64,000 nucleotides of DNA from contig OY969585.1 in assembly GCA_963701295.1 (NCBI GenBank), forward strand, positions 2,944,001 through 3,008,000, read 5' to 3'. Under the pieces are notes generated by a model. The model was given only the letters and a program-made list of their open reading frames with translations, made no database searches and had not been told where the DNA came from. The position numbers and the translations under genes are program-made. This DNA comes from Ignavibacteriota bacterium (GTDB taxonomy: Bacteria; Bacteroidota; Ignavibacteria; UBA10030). This document shows positions 40,332 through 53,298 of the stretch, one piece after another. The stretch's first letter is position 1. Each line of letters starts with the position of its first letter.

Positions 40332-41252
40332 TTATCGTACAAACGTCAACCAGCTGTGCTTATCTTGCCCGCTTTGGATGATGTCAAAAAAAGCCCTTTG
40401 AAGTTTCTTTGTCACAGATCCGGCTTGCCCACCGCCAATAACGATTTTGTCGACCGACCGTATCGGAGTGATTTCTGCCGCCGTTCCTGTAAAAAATATT
40501 TCATCTGCAATGTACAACATCTCTCGCGGAATTGCCATTTCGACAATCGAATACCCAAGTTCTTTTGCCAGTGTCACCACAGCCGAACGCGTCACACCCG
40601 ATAATATGGCTGAACTCAAGGGAGTCGTATATATAACATTCTCCCTGACAACAAAGATATTTTCTCCGCTTCCTTCGCTCACTGTACCATCTACTCCTAA
40701 GGCAATACCTTCTGTATATCCGTTGGCGATGGCTTCCAATTTAATGAGTTGAGAATTTAGATAATTTCCGCCTGCTTTTGCTAACGTGGGAAATGTATCC
40801 GGAGCCGCACGACGCCACGACGAAACGCAGACATCTATTCCCTGTTCCAATGCACCTGCGCCAAGATATGCACCCCATTCCCACACAGCGATGGACACAT
40901 CCACAGGACAAGCTGTTGGATTCACGCCCACATCACCATACCCTCGATAGACGATAGGCCGAATATAACATGCCTTCAAATTGTTCGCTATAATTGTTTG
41001 TTTGATCGCTTCGGATATTTGTGATTCCGTATAAGGAACTTGTGTCCTATAAATTTTTGCTGAATCAAAGAGACGGCGAACATGTTCTTGAAGCCGGAAG
41101 ACTGCCGGCCCTTTCTTGGTATCGTAGCAGCGGATTCCTTCAAACCAGCTTGAACCGTAATGCACCACATGAGAGAGAATATGAATCTTTGCATCGTCCC
41201 AATTGACAAGTGTTCCATTCATCCATATTTTTTCAACTTTCTTCACCGGCAT
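40332..41252 (-). CDS. ilvE: Branched-chain amino acid aminotransferase
   Basis: [24 protein letters not shown] and GTAAEITP motifs. Confidence 0.96.
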   Translation of the reverse strand: MPVKKVEKIWMNGTLVNWDDAKIHILSHVVHYGSSWFEGIRCYDTKKGPAVFRLQEHVRRLFDSAKIYRTQVPYTESQISEAIKQTIIANNLKACYIRPIVYRGYGDVGVNPTACPVDVSIAVWEWGAYLGAGALEQGIDVCVSSWRRAAPDTFPTLAKAGGNYLNSQLIKLEAIANGYTEGIALGVDGTVSEGSGENIFVVRENVIYTTPLSSAILSGVTRSAVVTLAKELGYSIVEMAIPREMLYIADEIFFTGTAAEITPIRSVDKIVIGGGQAGSVTKKLQRAFFDIIQSGQDKHSWLTFVR

Positions 41253-41303
41253 AGTTGACCTTGCTCTTTCATAAATGATATTGAACTTGTAGTGTTTTCT
41301 TAT

Positions 41304-42429
41304 CTATAAACTCATTTCATAAATTCTATACCGTTTAGTAATTTTCCCCTGCATTGCTTCTGCGGATTTCACCATCCGGTCGTTGTCTTCAAGAATCCAA
41401 CTCGCTTCTCCATATTTGTATCCCAATTTTCTTGCATTTACAGCAGTCTCATAAAAAAGTGCCGCTCCTGCTCCTGTATTTAAGATACTCAGGAATAACA
41501 CCTAAGACAATGATGCGCACCAAATCAATTTTCTTCTTTTTTGTAAAAAGATGATACAAACCCGGCAAGATATAGCCATTCTTGTTATACTTCAACGCAA
41601 CATTGATATCCGGAAGCGAAAGAGCAAACCCAATGGTCTTTCCTTCTTTTTCTGCAAAGATGACAAGCTCCGGCACAATGACGGGTTTGAGATCCGCAGC
41701 CAACGCATCAAATTCTTCGTCTGTCATGGGAACTGCGCCCCAATTTTTTGCCCATGCTTTATTATAAACGTCCTTTACTTTATCAACTTCATCTTGAAAA
41801 TGCTTCATATCAAATGTTCGAAATGTGAGCTTCTGGCGCTGCTTGACAAGTTCATGCGCCCGATCAAACCGTTCGGTATATACTGTTTTTTGATCAAGGA
41901 GATATGCGTAAAGGTCTTTTGCTTTCTTAAATCCATATCTCTCAATCAAGTCAATATAATACGGCGGGTTATACGTCATCATGACTGTTGGGCTTAAATC
42001 GAATCCATCAATGAGCAAACCAATTTCATCATTGACCGATGGGTTTACAGGACCTCGCATTGCCGTCACACCCCCTGCTATCAAGTATTTTCTTGCAGCA
42101 TCAAATAATGCATTCGCAACCGTTTGATCGTTGATACATTCGAAGAATCCAAAAAATCCAATATTCTCGCTGTGCTCTTTGTTGTGGTTATGATTAACGA
42201 TTGCAGCTATTCTGCCAACTACTTCTCCTTCATGTTCGGCAAGAAAGAATTCCGCATCAGTATGTTTATAAAATGGATTTTTCGCCTTATTCATTAATTT
42301 CTTACGATCCATCATCAATGGCGGAACCCATGCCGGATAATTTCGATAAATCTTCCAGAGAAACCGAATAAACGCAATTGTATCCTGCTTCGAAGAAATC
42401 GGCTTAATAATTAATTCATCCATTATCAC
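41304..42429 (-). pseudogene. GNAT/YghO-like N-acyltransferase (candidate bacterial ceramide synthase) split by a single-base frameshift near 41481
   Basis: WVPPL, GRIAA, GFFGFFE, YNPPYY, NWG and LPDIN in ORF 41449-42429; the C-terminus (GAGAALF..EASWILEDN) continues in ORF 41304-41501. Could be a sequencing error. Confidence 0.8.
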
Positions 42430-42453
42430 TCCAAAATAATATTCTTATAATAT

Positions 42454-42486
42454 AAAAAAGCCGCAGCGTGTTTACAACTACGGCTT
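42454..42486 (-). terminator. Intrinsic terminator between spt and the GNAT gene
   Basis: Minus strand AAGCCGTAG-loop-CTGCGGCTT followed by a T run. Confidence 0.65.
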
Positions 42487-42521
42487 ACAATTCAAAGACT
42501 GGGAATCTTAATTGTGCAAGC

Positions 42522-43736
42522 TTAGTTGATCACACCAAATTTCTTACCTACTTTGCTGAAGACTTCAAGAATTTTATTCAGATGATGTTCTTCATGCGTT
42601 GCCATATAACTTGTGCGAAGCATTTCCATACCAGGAGGTACACCCGGCCGAATGAATGCATTCACAAACACACCTTCATCGAAAATTGCTCTCCACATCA
42701 TCAGCACCTTTTCTGTATCTCCAATAACAACAGAAACGACTGCCGAATCGTGTTCGCTCACTCGAAAACCCAGCGCATGCAATCCTGAGCGCATCTTCCG
42801 AGCATTGCCCATCAACTTACCAACACGCTCCGGCTCAGTCTCGAGAATATCAAGCGCTGCCAATGCCGCAGCAACAGATGCTGGCGTTGGACTTGCGCTA
42901 AAGATAAGAGCCGGTGCACTATGTTTGAGATAATCAATGACTTTCGCTTCACCTACGACAAATCCGCCTAACGAAGCAAAAGTTTTACTGAATGTTCCCA
43001 TCGTGAGATCGGTTTCTTTTTCAAGGCCGTAATGGCTTGCTGTTCCCCGGCCGCCTTTTCCGATTACACCGATTGCGTGCGCATCATCGACCATTATGCG
43101 TGCGTTGTGCTTTCGTGCAACTTTTACCATGTCTGGCAAGTTCACAATTTCGCCTGATGTGCTAAATACACCGTCGCTCACGATGAATTTGGCTGCTTCC
43201 GCGGGTAGCTGTGAAATGACATGTTCTAAATGTGCCATATCGTTATGCTTGTACCGAACAACAGAGTTTTCACCCTCATTGGTATAGGACGCCATTCCGG
43301 CGGCAACAAGAGTACCTGCAACAATACTTGCGTGATTGTCCTTATCAGAAACGACATAATCACCGCGTTGAACGAGCACGGGAACAATTCCCTGCCCCGT
43401 TTGATATCCTGTGCTGTAAAGTAAACAAGCTTCTTTCCCCATAAATTTTGCAAGGCGACGTTCCAATTCGATATGCAGATCAAGCGTGCCTGTGAGATAT
43501 CTCGAGCCTGAACAGCCCGTGCCGTATTTTTTTATCGCTGCGATTGCGGCTTCTTTTACTTTGGGATGCGCTGTCAATCCAAGATAGTTATTTGACCCGG
43601 CCATAATAACTTTGCGGCCGTCAATCTTCACAACCGGACCTTCACTCTCCTCAATAGCGTGAAAATATGGATAACAACCTGTTGCTTTCACTTCATCTGC
43701 ACGCGTAAAATTCCAACACTTTTCAAAAAGATCCAA
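42522..43736 (-). CDS. spt: Serine palmitoyltransferase-like alpha-oxoamine synthase (PLP)
   Basis: [29 protein letters not shown] and GTFSKT motifs. TTG start at 43736 has a GAGGAG RBS; the track's 5' extension overlaps the divergent gene. Confidence 0.75.
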   Translation of the reverse strand: MDLFEKCWNFTRADEVKATGCYPYFHAIEESEGPVVKIDGRKVIMAGSNNYLGLTAHPKVKEAAIAAIKKYGTGCSGSRYLTGTLDLHIELERRLAKFMGKEACLLYSTGYQTGQGIVPVLVQRGDYVVSDKDNHASIVAGTLVAAGMASYTNEGENSVVRYKHNDMAHLEHVISQLPAEAAKFIVSDGVFSTSGEIVNLPDMVKVARKHNARIMVDDAHAIGVIGKGGRGTASHYGLEKETDLTMGTFSKTFASLGGFVVGEAKVIDYLKHSAPALIFSASPTPASVAAALAALDILETEPERVGKLMGNARKMRSGLHALGFRVSEHDSAVVSVVIGDTEKVLMMWRAIFDEGVFVNAFIRPGVPPGMEMLRTSYMATHEEHHLNKILEVFSKVGKKFGVIN

Positions 43737-43859
43737 TGAATTCTCCTCAGGACATGGGCAAGAATGATCACGAAATGAATCAGCTTTTTGCTTCTCGTGC
43801 TTTTTTTTAATATAGTTGAATAAGAAAAGAAAGTCAATGAACGCGAGAGTGAGGAGGGC

Positions 43860-44846
43860 TTGATCCAGACAATTTTCGTTACGGGAGGTACCGGTTTTAT
43901 TGGCAGCCACACCGTTGAGCGTTTATTGGAGGAAGGCTATCGTGTGCGATGCCTTGTCCGCCCGCATCAGATAAATCTGAGGTGGCTCCAAGGTCTGCCT
44001 GTCGATATTGTGAGGGGCGACCTATCAGATTCTGTATCACTTTCCAAGTGTCTGGAAGGTGTTGATTACATCATCCACATTGCAGGGATGACCAAAGCCA
44101 AACGGAAGAGTGAATTCTTTACCGGTAATGCAAAAACGACGGAACATCTCCTTCATGCGGCAAGCAAAATGAAGCATCTTAAGAAGTTTTGTTACCTCAG
44201 CAGTTTAACTGCCGTAGGACCGAGCACGACAGGTATTCCTCTCACGGAAACAGCCCCCTGCCACCCCATTACTACCTATGGTCAATCGAAACTTGAGGCA
44301 GAACGTCAATGCAGACACTTTGCGGATCGGATACCGATCGTCATCATACGGCCTCCTGCTGTATTCGGACCTCGCGATACAGACATTTTAGAAATGTTCA
44401 AATGGGTTAGTTACGGTTTTAAGCCGATCATCGGCTCGTCTGAGAAAACACTAAGTCTTGTGTATGCACCAGATTTAGCGAAAGGAATCATTCGGGCATC
44501 CATTGATGAAAGGACGATCGGACAGACATATAATATTTCAGATCCGGCCATCTTTACATTTTCTTCTCTCATCGATTATATTGCAACACTGGTCCAGAAG
44601 CGAACGATTCGCATACATTTCCCCAAAGGACTCTTCTATTCGATGGCAGGGATTGCTCAGGTTTTTTCAGCTTTTGGAAAGAGCCCGGCTTTACTCAACA
44701 TTGAAAAGGCGAGAGATCTTCTGCAAGATCATTGGATTTGTGATTCGCGGAAAATCCAAGAGCACATCGGATTCCACACAGCGACATCCATTAATAACGG
44801 CCTGAGTAAGACATTTCAATGGTATAAAGAAACCGGGTGGCTGTAG
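43860..44846 (+). CDS. NAD-dependent epimerase/dehydratase (extended SDR)
   Basis: [13 protein letters not shown] and [10 protein letters not shown] motifs. Confidence 0.9.
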   Translation: MIQTIFVTGGTGFIGSHTVERLLEEGYRVRCLVRPHQINLRWLQGLPVDIVRGDLSDSVSLSKCLEGVDYIIHIAGMTKAKRKSEFFTGNAKTTEHLLHAASKMKHLKKFCYLSSLTAVGPSTTGIPLTETAPCHPITTYGQSKLEAERQCRHFADRIPIVIIRPPAVFGPRDTDILEMFKWVSYGFKPIIGSSEKTLSLVYAPDLAKGIIRASIDERTIGQTYNISDPAIFTFSSLIDYIATLVQKRTIRIHFPKGLFYSMAGIAQVFSAFGKSPALLNIEKARDLLQDHWICDSRKIQEHIGFHTATSINNGLSKTFQWYKETGWL

Positions 44847-44905
44847 AATCCTACTGCAGAATTTCTAAATTTGATATTTTGCTGTAAATTCTGTAGATTA
44901 ATTTT

Positions 44906-44990
44906 GGCGATGGAGTTCGCCATGAATTATTCCATAGAGGAATTGATGACTCCTACCTCGAGGCAGATTGCTTACGACGTAGGAGTTTTT
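44906..44990 (+). ncRNA. Fluoride riboswitch (crcB motif) with terminator expression platform
   Basis: GGCGATGGAGTTCGCC...TGATGACTCCTAC consensus, then ACTCCTAC/GTAGGAGT stem plus TTTT, directly upstream of crcB. Confidence 0.95.
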
Positions 44991-45009
44991 CGTTTTATGA
45001 GAGGATAAT

Positions 45010-45387
45010 ATGCTTCGTAATTATTTATATGTGTTTTTCGGCGGTGGGTTGGGTTCATCACTCAGGTATTGGCTATCAGGTCTGATACCACGATATACAG
45101 GAAGTCAGTTCCCGTACGGGATTCTCATCGTTAATATCGTGGGATGCTTCTTTATCGGTTTTCTTATGTCGGCATTGGAAGAACGGTTTATTGGTAATCC
45201 TTCACTTCGCATCTTCCTTACTATTGGGATAATCGGCGGCTTTACAACTTTCTCAACGTTCAGTTATGAAACAATCGCTATGATGCGTGATAGTGAATTC
45301 TTAAGAGCATCTCTCTATGTCGGACTATCCGTTGCGCTAGGATTGGGTGGAACACATGTTGGTTCTTTAATCGGCAAATTAATTTAA
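45010..45387 (+). CDS. crcB: Fluoride channel Fluc/CrcB
   Basis: GGGLGSSLRY, VNIVGCF and GGFTTFSTF motifs. Confidence 0.97.
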   Translation: MLRNYLYVFFGGGLGSSLRYWLSGLIPRYTGSQFPYGILIVNIVGCFFIGFLMSALEERFIGNPSLRIFLTIGIIGGFTTFSTFSYETIAMMRDSEFLRASLYVGLSVALGLGGTHVGSLIGKLI

Positions 45388-45403
45388 TCGGAAAAGGTGA
45401 TGT

Positions 45404-45754
45404 ATGAAACTTGCAGGTGATGGTAAACTCTTACGCATATTTATTGGTGAATCTGACAAGTTTCACCACCAAGCACTCTTTGAAGCAATTGTCCATTCCG
45501 CGAAGGAAAAAGAGCTCGCGGGGTGTACAGTGTTGCGTGGTATCGAGGGCTATGGTGCCGACAGCCGTGTAATCCACACTGCAAAAATTCTACGGTTATC
45601 TGAAGATCTCCCGATAGTCATTGAAATCGTAGATACTGAAGAGAAGATAAAAAACTTCCTGCCCACTGTAGAACAAATGATTGAAACATCAGGATGCGGG
45701 GCGATGATAACGCTTGAAAAAGCAGAAATCATCCGATACAGTCACGGAAAATGA
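45404..45754 (+). CDS. DUF190 (PII-like) protein
   Basis: LRIFIGESD, RGIEGYG and LSEDLPIVIEIVD; usual crcB partner. Confidence 0.93.
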   Translation: MKLAGDGKLLRIFIGESDKFHHQALFEAIVHSAKEKELAGCTVLRGIEGYGADSRVIHTAKILRLSEDLPIVIEIVDTEEKIKNFLPTVEQMIETSGCGAMITLEKAEIIRYSHGK

Positions 45755-45778
45755 AACAACTTTTTAGGCGTTTGATTT

Positions 45779-47406
<1,628 letters not shown>

Positions 47407-47409
47407 TAA

Positions 47410-47625
47410 ATGATGTTTTTTATTTCAATCTTTCTCGGTTCCGCTTTCGGATTATTTGCCTCGATTATGGCATTTGTCATAACATGGAATGAATTGGAAA
47501 AGCATCAGTTCGAACGCAAACGATTAGTGAACGAATCTCTTCAAGCCGCAGGTTTTACATTTATTTTTTTCCTCGTGTTGTCTATGCTAGCAGGTTATTT
47601 CATTACACGATATGCTCTAAAATAA
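47410..47625 (+). CDS. Small two-TM membrane protein
   Basis: 71 aa with two hydrophobic helices, starting 3 nt after eno. Confidence 0.6.
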   Translation: MMFFISIFLGSAFGLFASIMAFVITWNELEKHQFERKRLVNESLQAAGFTFIFFLVLSMLAGYFITRYALK

Positions 47626-47672
47626 TACGCAATCCTAGTAATGTGAAAAGTGAGAATAAACCGTTCATCCAT

Positions 47673-47789
47673 ATCAAACAATTCCTAACCATCGTTGATG
47701 AGTTACTTGAATCTGCCGACGGCGGCGCAATGGTGACACTTGAAAAAGTGAATGTAATTCGCTACTCAGCGGGAAAAAGTGATGTATAA
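47673..47789 (+). pseudogene. Orphan 3' end of a second DUF190 gene
   Basis: IKQFLTIVDELLESADGGAMVTLEKVNVIRYSAGK against intact IKNFLPTVEQMIETSGCGAMITLEKAEIIRYSHGK. Confidence 0.85.
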
Positions 47790-47817
47790 AACTTCTTAAT
47801 CAAAAAGATATCGAGAA

Positions 47818-48822
47818 CTACAGAAACTTTGCAATGCACCAATAACAGGCGGCAGAGACAAGTGCTGATGTAGGAATCGTGATAATCCAAGCAATAACAA
47901 TTCTTCCTGCAAGGCCCCACTTCACCGCCGATACACGTTTGGTCGCGCCCACACCCATAATCGCACCTGTGATCGTATGTGTTGTACTTACGGCAATACC
48001 GCTAAATGCCGTAATGAGCAATGTAAATGCACCAGCTGTCTCTGCACAGAAACCGCCTGCCGGTTTCAACTTTGTCACTTTTTGCCCCATCGTTTTCACG
48101 ATGCGCCAGCCGCCGAACATTGTGCCAAGAGCGATTGCCGTGTAACAAGGAACAATAACCCACCATTTAACAGGAAAGTCATCCGGACTGCTCGTGTAAA
48201 TTATTTTTGCATTGATGAGAAGAATCGTTATAATTCCCATCGTTTTCTGTGCATCATTTGCTCCATGACCAAGACTATAGAATGCAGCAGAAACGAGTTG
48301 AAGTTTCCTGAAAATCCCGTTGATTTTAGATGATGGTCGCTTATGAAACAGCCACATCAGTACCGACATCATACCAAATCCCATCACCATACCAAGCATC
48401 GGTGCGACCACGATGAAGATAACTGTTTTCGTCCAACCGCTCCAGAGGATGGAGCCGAAACCTGCTCGAGCAATTGCTGCACCGCCTAATCCACCCATCA
48501 ATGCATGGGAAGAGCTTGATGGAATGCCGAAGTACCACGTGATGAGATTCCAGACTATAGCGCCAAGCAATGCCGCAAGAATAACATATTCTGTGACGAG
48601 GTTTGCCGTTACAAGACCTTTCCCGATGGTCTTAGCAACATTATGGCCTGTGAAAAGAAATGCCGCCGCAAAATTGAAGAACGCAGCCCAGAGTACAGCT
48701 TTACGTGGAGTAAGAACCCGTGTTGAAACGATGGTAGCGATAGAATTCGCTGCATCGTGAAATCCGTTGAGGAAGTCAAAGATCAATGCAATGAAAACAA
48801 TGAAGAGAAGGAGGGCTATCAT
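47818..48822 (-). CDS. pit: Inorganic phosphate transporter (PiT)
   Basis: GFHDAANSIAT, PSSSSHAL, HGANDAQK and VSTTH motifs. Confidence 0.95.
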   Translation of the reverse strand: MIALLLFIVFIALIFDFLNGFHDAANSIATIVSTRVLTPRKAVLWAAFFNFAAAFLFTGHNVAKTIGKGLVTANLVTEYVILAALLGAIVWNLITWYFGIPSSSSHALMGGLGGAAIARAGFGSILWSGWTKTVIFIVVAPMLGMVMGFGMMSVLMWLFHKRPSSKINGIFRKLQLVSAAFYSLGHGANDAQKTMGIITILLINAKIIYTSSPDDFPVKWWVIVPCYTAIALGTMFGGWRIVKTMGQKVTKLKPAGGFCAETAGAFTLLITAFSGIAVSTTHTITGAIMGVGATKRVSAVKWGLAGRIVIAWIITIPTSALVSAACYWCIAKFL

Positions 48823-48838
48823 GTATCCGAATATCCCG

Positions 48839-49486
48839 TCAGTTTTGTTTGATTAGGATACCTTCAAGGACATTCGCCGCATCCTCACATTTATCGGTTG
48901 CCGTCTCTAATCCAACCAATATTTCTTTCAGTTTAATGATCTGGATAGCGTTTTTTTCTTTAGCAAACAGATCCGCTACAGCTTGGTCAAAGATATCATC
49001 GGCTTGATTTTCATATTCATTAATCTTTTTGAATGTGTCTTGAAGAATGTCAGTCTTATTTAAGTTGCGTAAGAGGTGAACACCATTTTTTAGTTCATTG
49101 ATGGAAAGAAATAGGACGTCGATGAGTTGGGAAAACGCTTTCGGAACACGCGTAATCTTATACATAGCAAACCGGTGAGCGCATCCATCGATATGATCGA
49201 GAACGTCATCTAAGGCAGATGTAAGCTCATGGATATCTTCACGGTCCAAAGGAGTAACAAATGTGGAATTAAGTTCAGAAAAAATATTATGTGTGATCAA
49301 ATCGCCTTCATGTTCGATGTCTTTGATTCGCTTCGCTGTTTCTTCCCTCTGGGACTGCTTTTTACAGAACGGGAGTTTTTTTAGCTCCACTCCGGCTTTC
49401 ACCAGGTTTTGTGCAGATTCTTCCAATAAAACATAGAAATTGTCATCATGAGGAAGAAATTTTTTTATAAATTGATCAAGTTTCAT
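48839..49486 (-). CDS. DUF47 / PhoU-like Pit accessory protein
   Basis: EHEGD, FVTPLDREDI and LETATDKCED; start set at ATG 49486. Confidence 0.92.
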   Translation of the reverse strand: MKLDQFIKKFLPHDDNFYVLLEESAQNLVKAGVELKKLPFCKKQSQREETAKRIKDIEHEGDLITHNIFSELNSTFVTPLDREDIHELTSALDDVLDHIDGCAHRFAMYKITRVPKAFSQLIDVLFLSINELKNGVHLLRNLNKTDILQDTFKKINEYENQADDIFDQAVADLFAKEKNAIQIIKLKEILVGLETATDKCEDAANVLEGILIKQN

Positions 49487-49661
49487 AGGTCTGTAGTATG
49501 TAATGAAGAAAAAGATTGTCGCTTGTTTGGCAGGTCCAGGCATGGAGCAATCTCCTTCCTGCCTGCCAATGTAAGGTAGCAGAATGTTGTTTCAAAACCA
49601 ATTGCTTTTTATATCGATAAAAAACAATTGAGGAAAATAAATTTTAATTCCCTGATCATTA

Positions 49662-50162
49662 TCATACGGAAGACTTCAGTACCTTCTCCTGCATTTTTGT
49701 ACGATAGACATCAAGTTTTGTACCGAGTTCTGAATTATTGAGTGCAAGTATTTCAAGTGCGAGTAAACCGGCGTTGGATCCACCATCGATAGCAACTGTA
49801 GCAACGGGAATTCCTGCAGGCATCTGAACCATTGATAGTAATGAATCGAAACCGTTCAATGTCTTAGATTTAATCGGAACACCAATCACAGGAAGCGTCG
49901 TAACAGCAGCGACGATACCCGCTAAATGTGCCGCACCGCCTGCACCTGCAATGATCACTTTTATTCCTCTCCCCTTGGCCGTTTTCGCATATTCGATAGT
50001 CTGCTCGGGTGTGCGATGCGCTGAAAGTACTTTTACCTCACAAGGAATATCAAACTCTTTCAGAATCTGTCTTGCCAGTTCCATGGTATCGGCATCCGAT
50101 GTACTTCCCATGAGAATTGCAACAAGTGGATTTGTTGATTTGTCTGTACCTAATAGAATCAT
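49662..50162 (-). CDS. purE: N5-CAIR mutase
   Basis: MGSTSD, SAHRTP, AGGAAHL and [11 protein letters not shown]; start probably ATG 50162. Confidence 0.96.
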   Translation of the reverse strand: MILLGTDKSTNPLVAILMGSTSDADTMELARQILKEFDIPCEVKVLSAHRTPEQTIEYAKTAKGRGIKVIIAGAGGAAHLAGIVAAVTTLPVIGVPIKSKTLNGFDSLLSMVQMPAGIPVATVAIDGGSNAGLLALEILALNNSELGTKLDVYRTKMQEKVLKSSV

Positions 50163-50250
50163 AATTATTATCTCCTGCTTTAATAGTATCCTACACTGTC
50201 CCATTATTTTCTCCTCATGAGAGGAGTGAACATCGGGAAACGTGCTTTTC

Positions 50251-51267
50251 TTAACCGTTATGAAGTGCGGCTTTACGTAATCGATCCATCACTGCCGCAC
50301 CAAGCCCCTTTTCTTCTACACTTTCTACTAGAATGACATCTACTTCCTGCCGATCTAATTCACGCAATGCCCTAAACAGATTTCTTGCAACATATTCAAT
50401 CGAAGATTCAATAATCACATGAAATGAGGATTGTTCAATGCCCGTTAATACTTTTGAATAAGTAATGGAACCTATCTTCTTTTTTTGTTTTCTATTCTGC
50501 TGAATAAGAAGCTTAAATTTTTTCCCATCTGCCGACGGGAACAGAATTACACGCGCATTGGGGGCATAATGACGATGCTTCGTACCCGGAGAGCGTCTGA
50601 GCAATTCTACTGCATTAGTCCAACGCACCTCTCCAATTTCCTTCTCTATATCTTCACGGCTTAATCCACCGATCCGCAGAATAACCGGAGGATCAACGGT
50701 AACATCCAGCACAGTCGATTCGACTCCTATCGTTGTTGGTCCAGCATCAATGATGAGATCGATCTTTCCATTTAAGTCGTTGTACACATGTTCTGCCAGA
50801 GTCGGACTCGGTTTTCCCGAAATATTTGCACTCGGTCCAACAATACCGCCTTTGAACTGCCTGAGTAATTCCAGTGTCACCGGATGATCAGGCACTCGCA
50901 GCGCTACAGTCTCTAATCCTGCGGTTACAGCATCAGGAATACTTATTTTCTTCTGAAATACTAATGTCAATGGACCGGGCCAAAATCGCCGAGCAAGCAG
51001 CAATCCCTTCTCGGAAATCCATGCTGTAAATTGCTGAACATTTTCCAGTGATGCAACATGTACGATGAGTGGATTATCCGACGGCCTTCCCTTGGCATCA
51101 AAGACTTTTTGTACAGCTCCGGCATTCAAAGCATCGGCACCGAGTCCGTACACGGTCTCTGTTGGGAAAGCTACCAACCCTCCCCCGTGAAGCACTTCCG
51201 CTGCATATTGAATCTTATCAGCATCTGGATGTTCTGTGGAAACCTGTATGATTTTGGTTATCGGCAT
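50251..51267 (-). CDS. sua5: L-threonylcarbamoyl-AMP synthase, Sua5 type
   Basis: [26 protein letters not shown] and SPG..HYAP motifs. Confidence 0.95.
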   Translation of the reverse strand: MPITKIIQVSTEHPDADKIQYAAEVLHGGGLVAFPTETVYGLGADALNAGAVQKVFDAKGRPSDNPLIVHVASLENVQQFTAWISEKGLLLARRFWPGPLTLVFQKKISIPDAVTAGLETVALRVPDHPVTLELLRQFKGGIVGPSANISGKPSPTLAEHVYNDLNGKIDLIIDAGPTTIGVESTVLDVTVDPPVILRIGGLSREDIEKEIGEVRWTNAVELLRRSPGTKHRHYAPNARVILFPSADGKKFKLLIQQNRKQKKKIGSITYSKVLTGIEQSSFHVIIESSIEYVARNLFRALRELDRQEVDVILVESVEEKGLGAAVMDRLRKAALHNG

Positions 51268-51278
51268 TCTCTCTGTTA

Positions 51279-53279
51279 TTACTCTACTGCCGCTAACAAC
51301 ATCTCCGCAACATCTTTCACTTTTACTGTCTCGGCCGCTTCTTTATCTTTAACACCGTCCTCCAGCATTGTCATACAAAACGGACACGCTGTACCGATCA
51401 CATTCGGTTTCAGCGCAAGCGCTTCTTCTGTTCGCTCAACATTAACTCTTTTTCCTTCAACCTCTTCCATCCACATTCTGCCGCCGCCCCCACCACAGCA
51501 GAATCCTCTCGACTTCGTTCGTTTCATTTCTACCGTATCCACACCGGAAATAGCATTAAGAATTTCCCGCGGCTGCTCATAGATATTGTTGTAGCGTCCT
51601 AAATAACAAGAGTCATGGAATGCTACTGTTGCTACTTCTTCCTTTGTTACCTTCAACTTACCTTCATTGATAAGCCTTACCAGAAAGTCGGTGTGATGAA
51701 CTACTTCATACTTACCGCCAAATTGCGGGTACTCGTTCTTCAGCATATTGAAGCAATGTGGACATGTTGCAACAATTTTTTTTACATTGTAATTATTCAA
51801 TGTCGCGATATTGTCTTTCATCAGCATTTGAGCAAGATACTCGTTTCCAATTCGACGCGCAGAATCACCAGTACATTTTTCTTCGGTTCCAAGGATTGCA
51901 AATTTAATTCCTGCTTTCTGCATCAACTTTGCGAAGGCTTGCGTCACCTTGGTGTAACGTGCATCGAATGCGCCGGCACAACCCACCCAAAAGAGAATCT
52001 CTGCATCCTGTGATTGAGACATCTGCGGAATGTCCATACCTTCTGCCCAATCCGCACGACTAGATGCAGGGAACGCCCACGGACTAAAATTTGTCTCGAG
52101 ATTCTTAAATACAACTTGTACTTCCGGTGGAAAACTGGATTCCATCAATACCAGACTGCGGCGCAAGTCCACTATTGCGGGAATATGTTCATTGTTCACC
52201 GGACATTCCTGTATGCACGACATACACGTAGTGCAAGCGAAAAGTTCTTCTTGAATGATATACTTATGAAGAAGTGTGTTTTCTAATAGATTTTTCTCAC
52301 CTTCTTTGTATATTGTAGCGCTATTACCATTCAATAATAGCTTTCCTTTTTCCACCGTACGATGCCGAAGATCGGTCATAATCTTTTTGGGTGAGAGAAG
52401 CTTGCCTGTAATATTCGCCGGACAAGCTGCCGTACAGCGTCCGCATTCCGTACAGGTGAATCCATCAAGTAATTGCTTCCATGTAAGGTCGTCGACATCT
52501 GTTGCACCAAATTTTTCTATTCCTTCTTCTTCGAGATTAATCGGCGTTAGCGCACCTCTTGGTTTCAGTGAAGTGAGAAATACATTTGGTAGTGATGTGA
52601 GAACATGTGCATGTTTTGAGTATGGCAAGTAATTCAGAAACCCGAGAACCAGAACGATATGTATCCACCAATAAACTTCAAAAAGGAGATGACTTGTAGA
52701 AGCATTTGAAGAAGCAAGAATCGAACTCATCGCCGCAGAAAGAATACGGCCTCCATCAGTTGCGCCCAACTGAAGACGTGCTGCATTTTGTCCGAGCAAG
52801 CTCACTATAATTAAGAAGATAGTGAAGAGAATTACTGTGGCATCGACTTGAGCATGCCGATCTCCCTGCAGACGTTTTGGCCGAAGGATGTAACGTCTAA
52901 ACAAAGCAGTGCATATTCCAATAATCACCAAACCTGAAAAGATATCTTGTAAAAACACTAATGGTTGATAAAGCATACCAATACATCGGAAAGAAAATTC
53001 TTGGATAAATCCTTCACCGATGGCTTCCAGAACGGACGATAACAAGACAAGAAATCCCCAGAAAATAAATGCATGCATCAGTCCTGCAATAGGTTCACGA
53101 AAAAGTTTTGTCTGTCCAATAGCTACCATCATCATTTTTTTGAAGCGCTCCCACAGGCAATCCAACCTATTTTCTGGTTTACCTATGGAAATAAGAGCGA
53201 TCATACGCCGCAAGCTGAATCCGAATGCTCCAAACGCTCCAAATAAGACAATTGTAAAAATGATGGTCTTCATCGCCAT
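51279..53279 (-). CDS. Membrane Fe-S oxidoreductase (FadF/HdrD-like: TM + 2x[4Fe-4S] + CCG domains)
   Basis: CTECGRCTAACP, CTTCMSCIQECP, HDSCYLGR and CCGGGGG motifs. Confidence 0.9.
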   Translation of the reverse strand: MAMKTIIFTIVLFGAFGAFGFSLRRMIALISIGKPENRLDCLWERFKKMMMVAIGQTKLFREPIAGLMHAFIFWGFLVLLSSVLEAIGEGFIQEFSFRCIGMLYQPLVFLQDIFSGLVIIGICTALFRRYILRPKRLQGDRHAQVDATVILFTIFLIIVSLLGQNAARLQLGATDGGRILSAAMSSILASSNASTSHLLFEVYWWIHIVLVLGFLNYLPYSKHAHVLTSLPNVFLTSLKPRGALTPINLEEEGIEKFGATDVDDLTWKQLLDGFTCTECGRCTAACPANITGKLLSPKKIMTDLRHRTVEKGKLLLNGNSATIYKEGEKNLLENTLLHKYIIQEELFACTTCMSCIQECPVNNEHIPAIVDLRRSLVLMESSFPPEVQVVFKNLETNFSPWAFPASSRADWAEGMDIPQMSQSQDAEILFWVGCAGAFDARYTKVTQAFAKLMQKAGIKFAILGTEEKCTGDSARRIGNEYLAQMLMKDNIATLNNYNVKKIVATCPHCFNMLKNEYPQFGGKYEVVHHTDFLVRLINEGKLKVTKEEVATVAFHDSCYLGRYNNIYEQPREILNAISGVDTVEMKRTKSRGFCCGGGGGRMWMEEVEGKRVNVERTEEALALKPNVIGTACPFCMTMLEDGVKDKEAAETVKVKDVAEMLLAAVE

Positions 53280-53298
53280 TCCTTTTCTCCTTTGCTGG

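Noticed and set aside
41470-41495. Programmed ribosomal frameshift in the GNAT gene
   Set aside because: No recognised slippery site, adjacent stop or stimulatory element; an indel is the simpler explanation.
43737-43910. N-terminal extension of Spt
   Set aside because: It overlaps the divergent SDR start, and a TTG with a GAGGAG RBS at 43736 gives a typical-length enzyme.
47818-49486. pit/DUF47 as part of the fluoride response
   Set aside because: They are on the opposite strand and outside riboswitch control; adjacency alone is not evidence.
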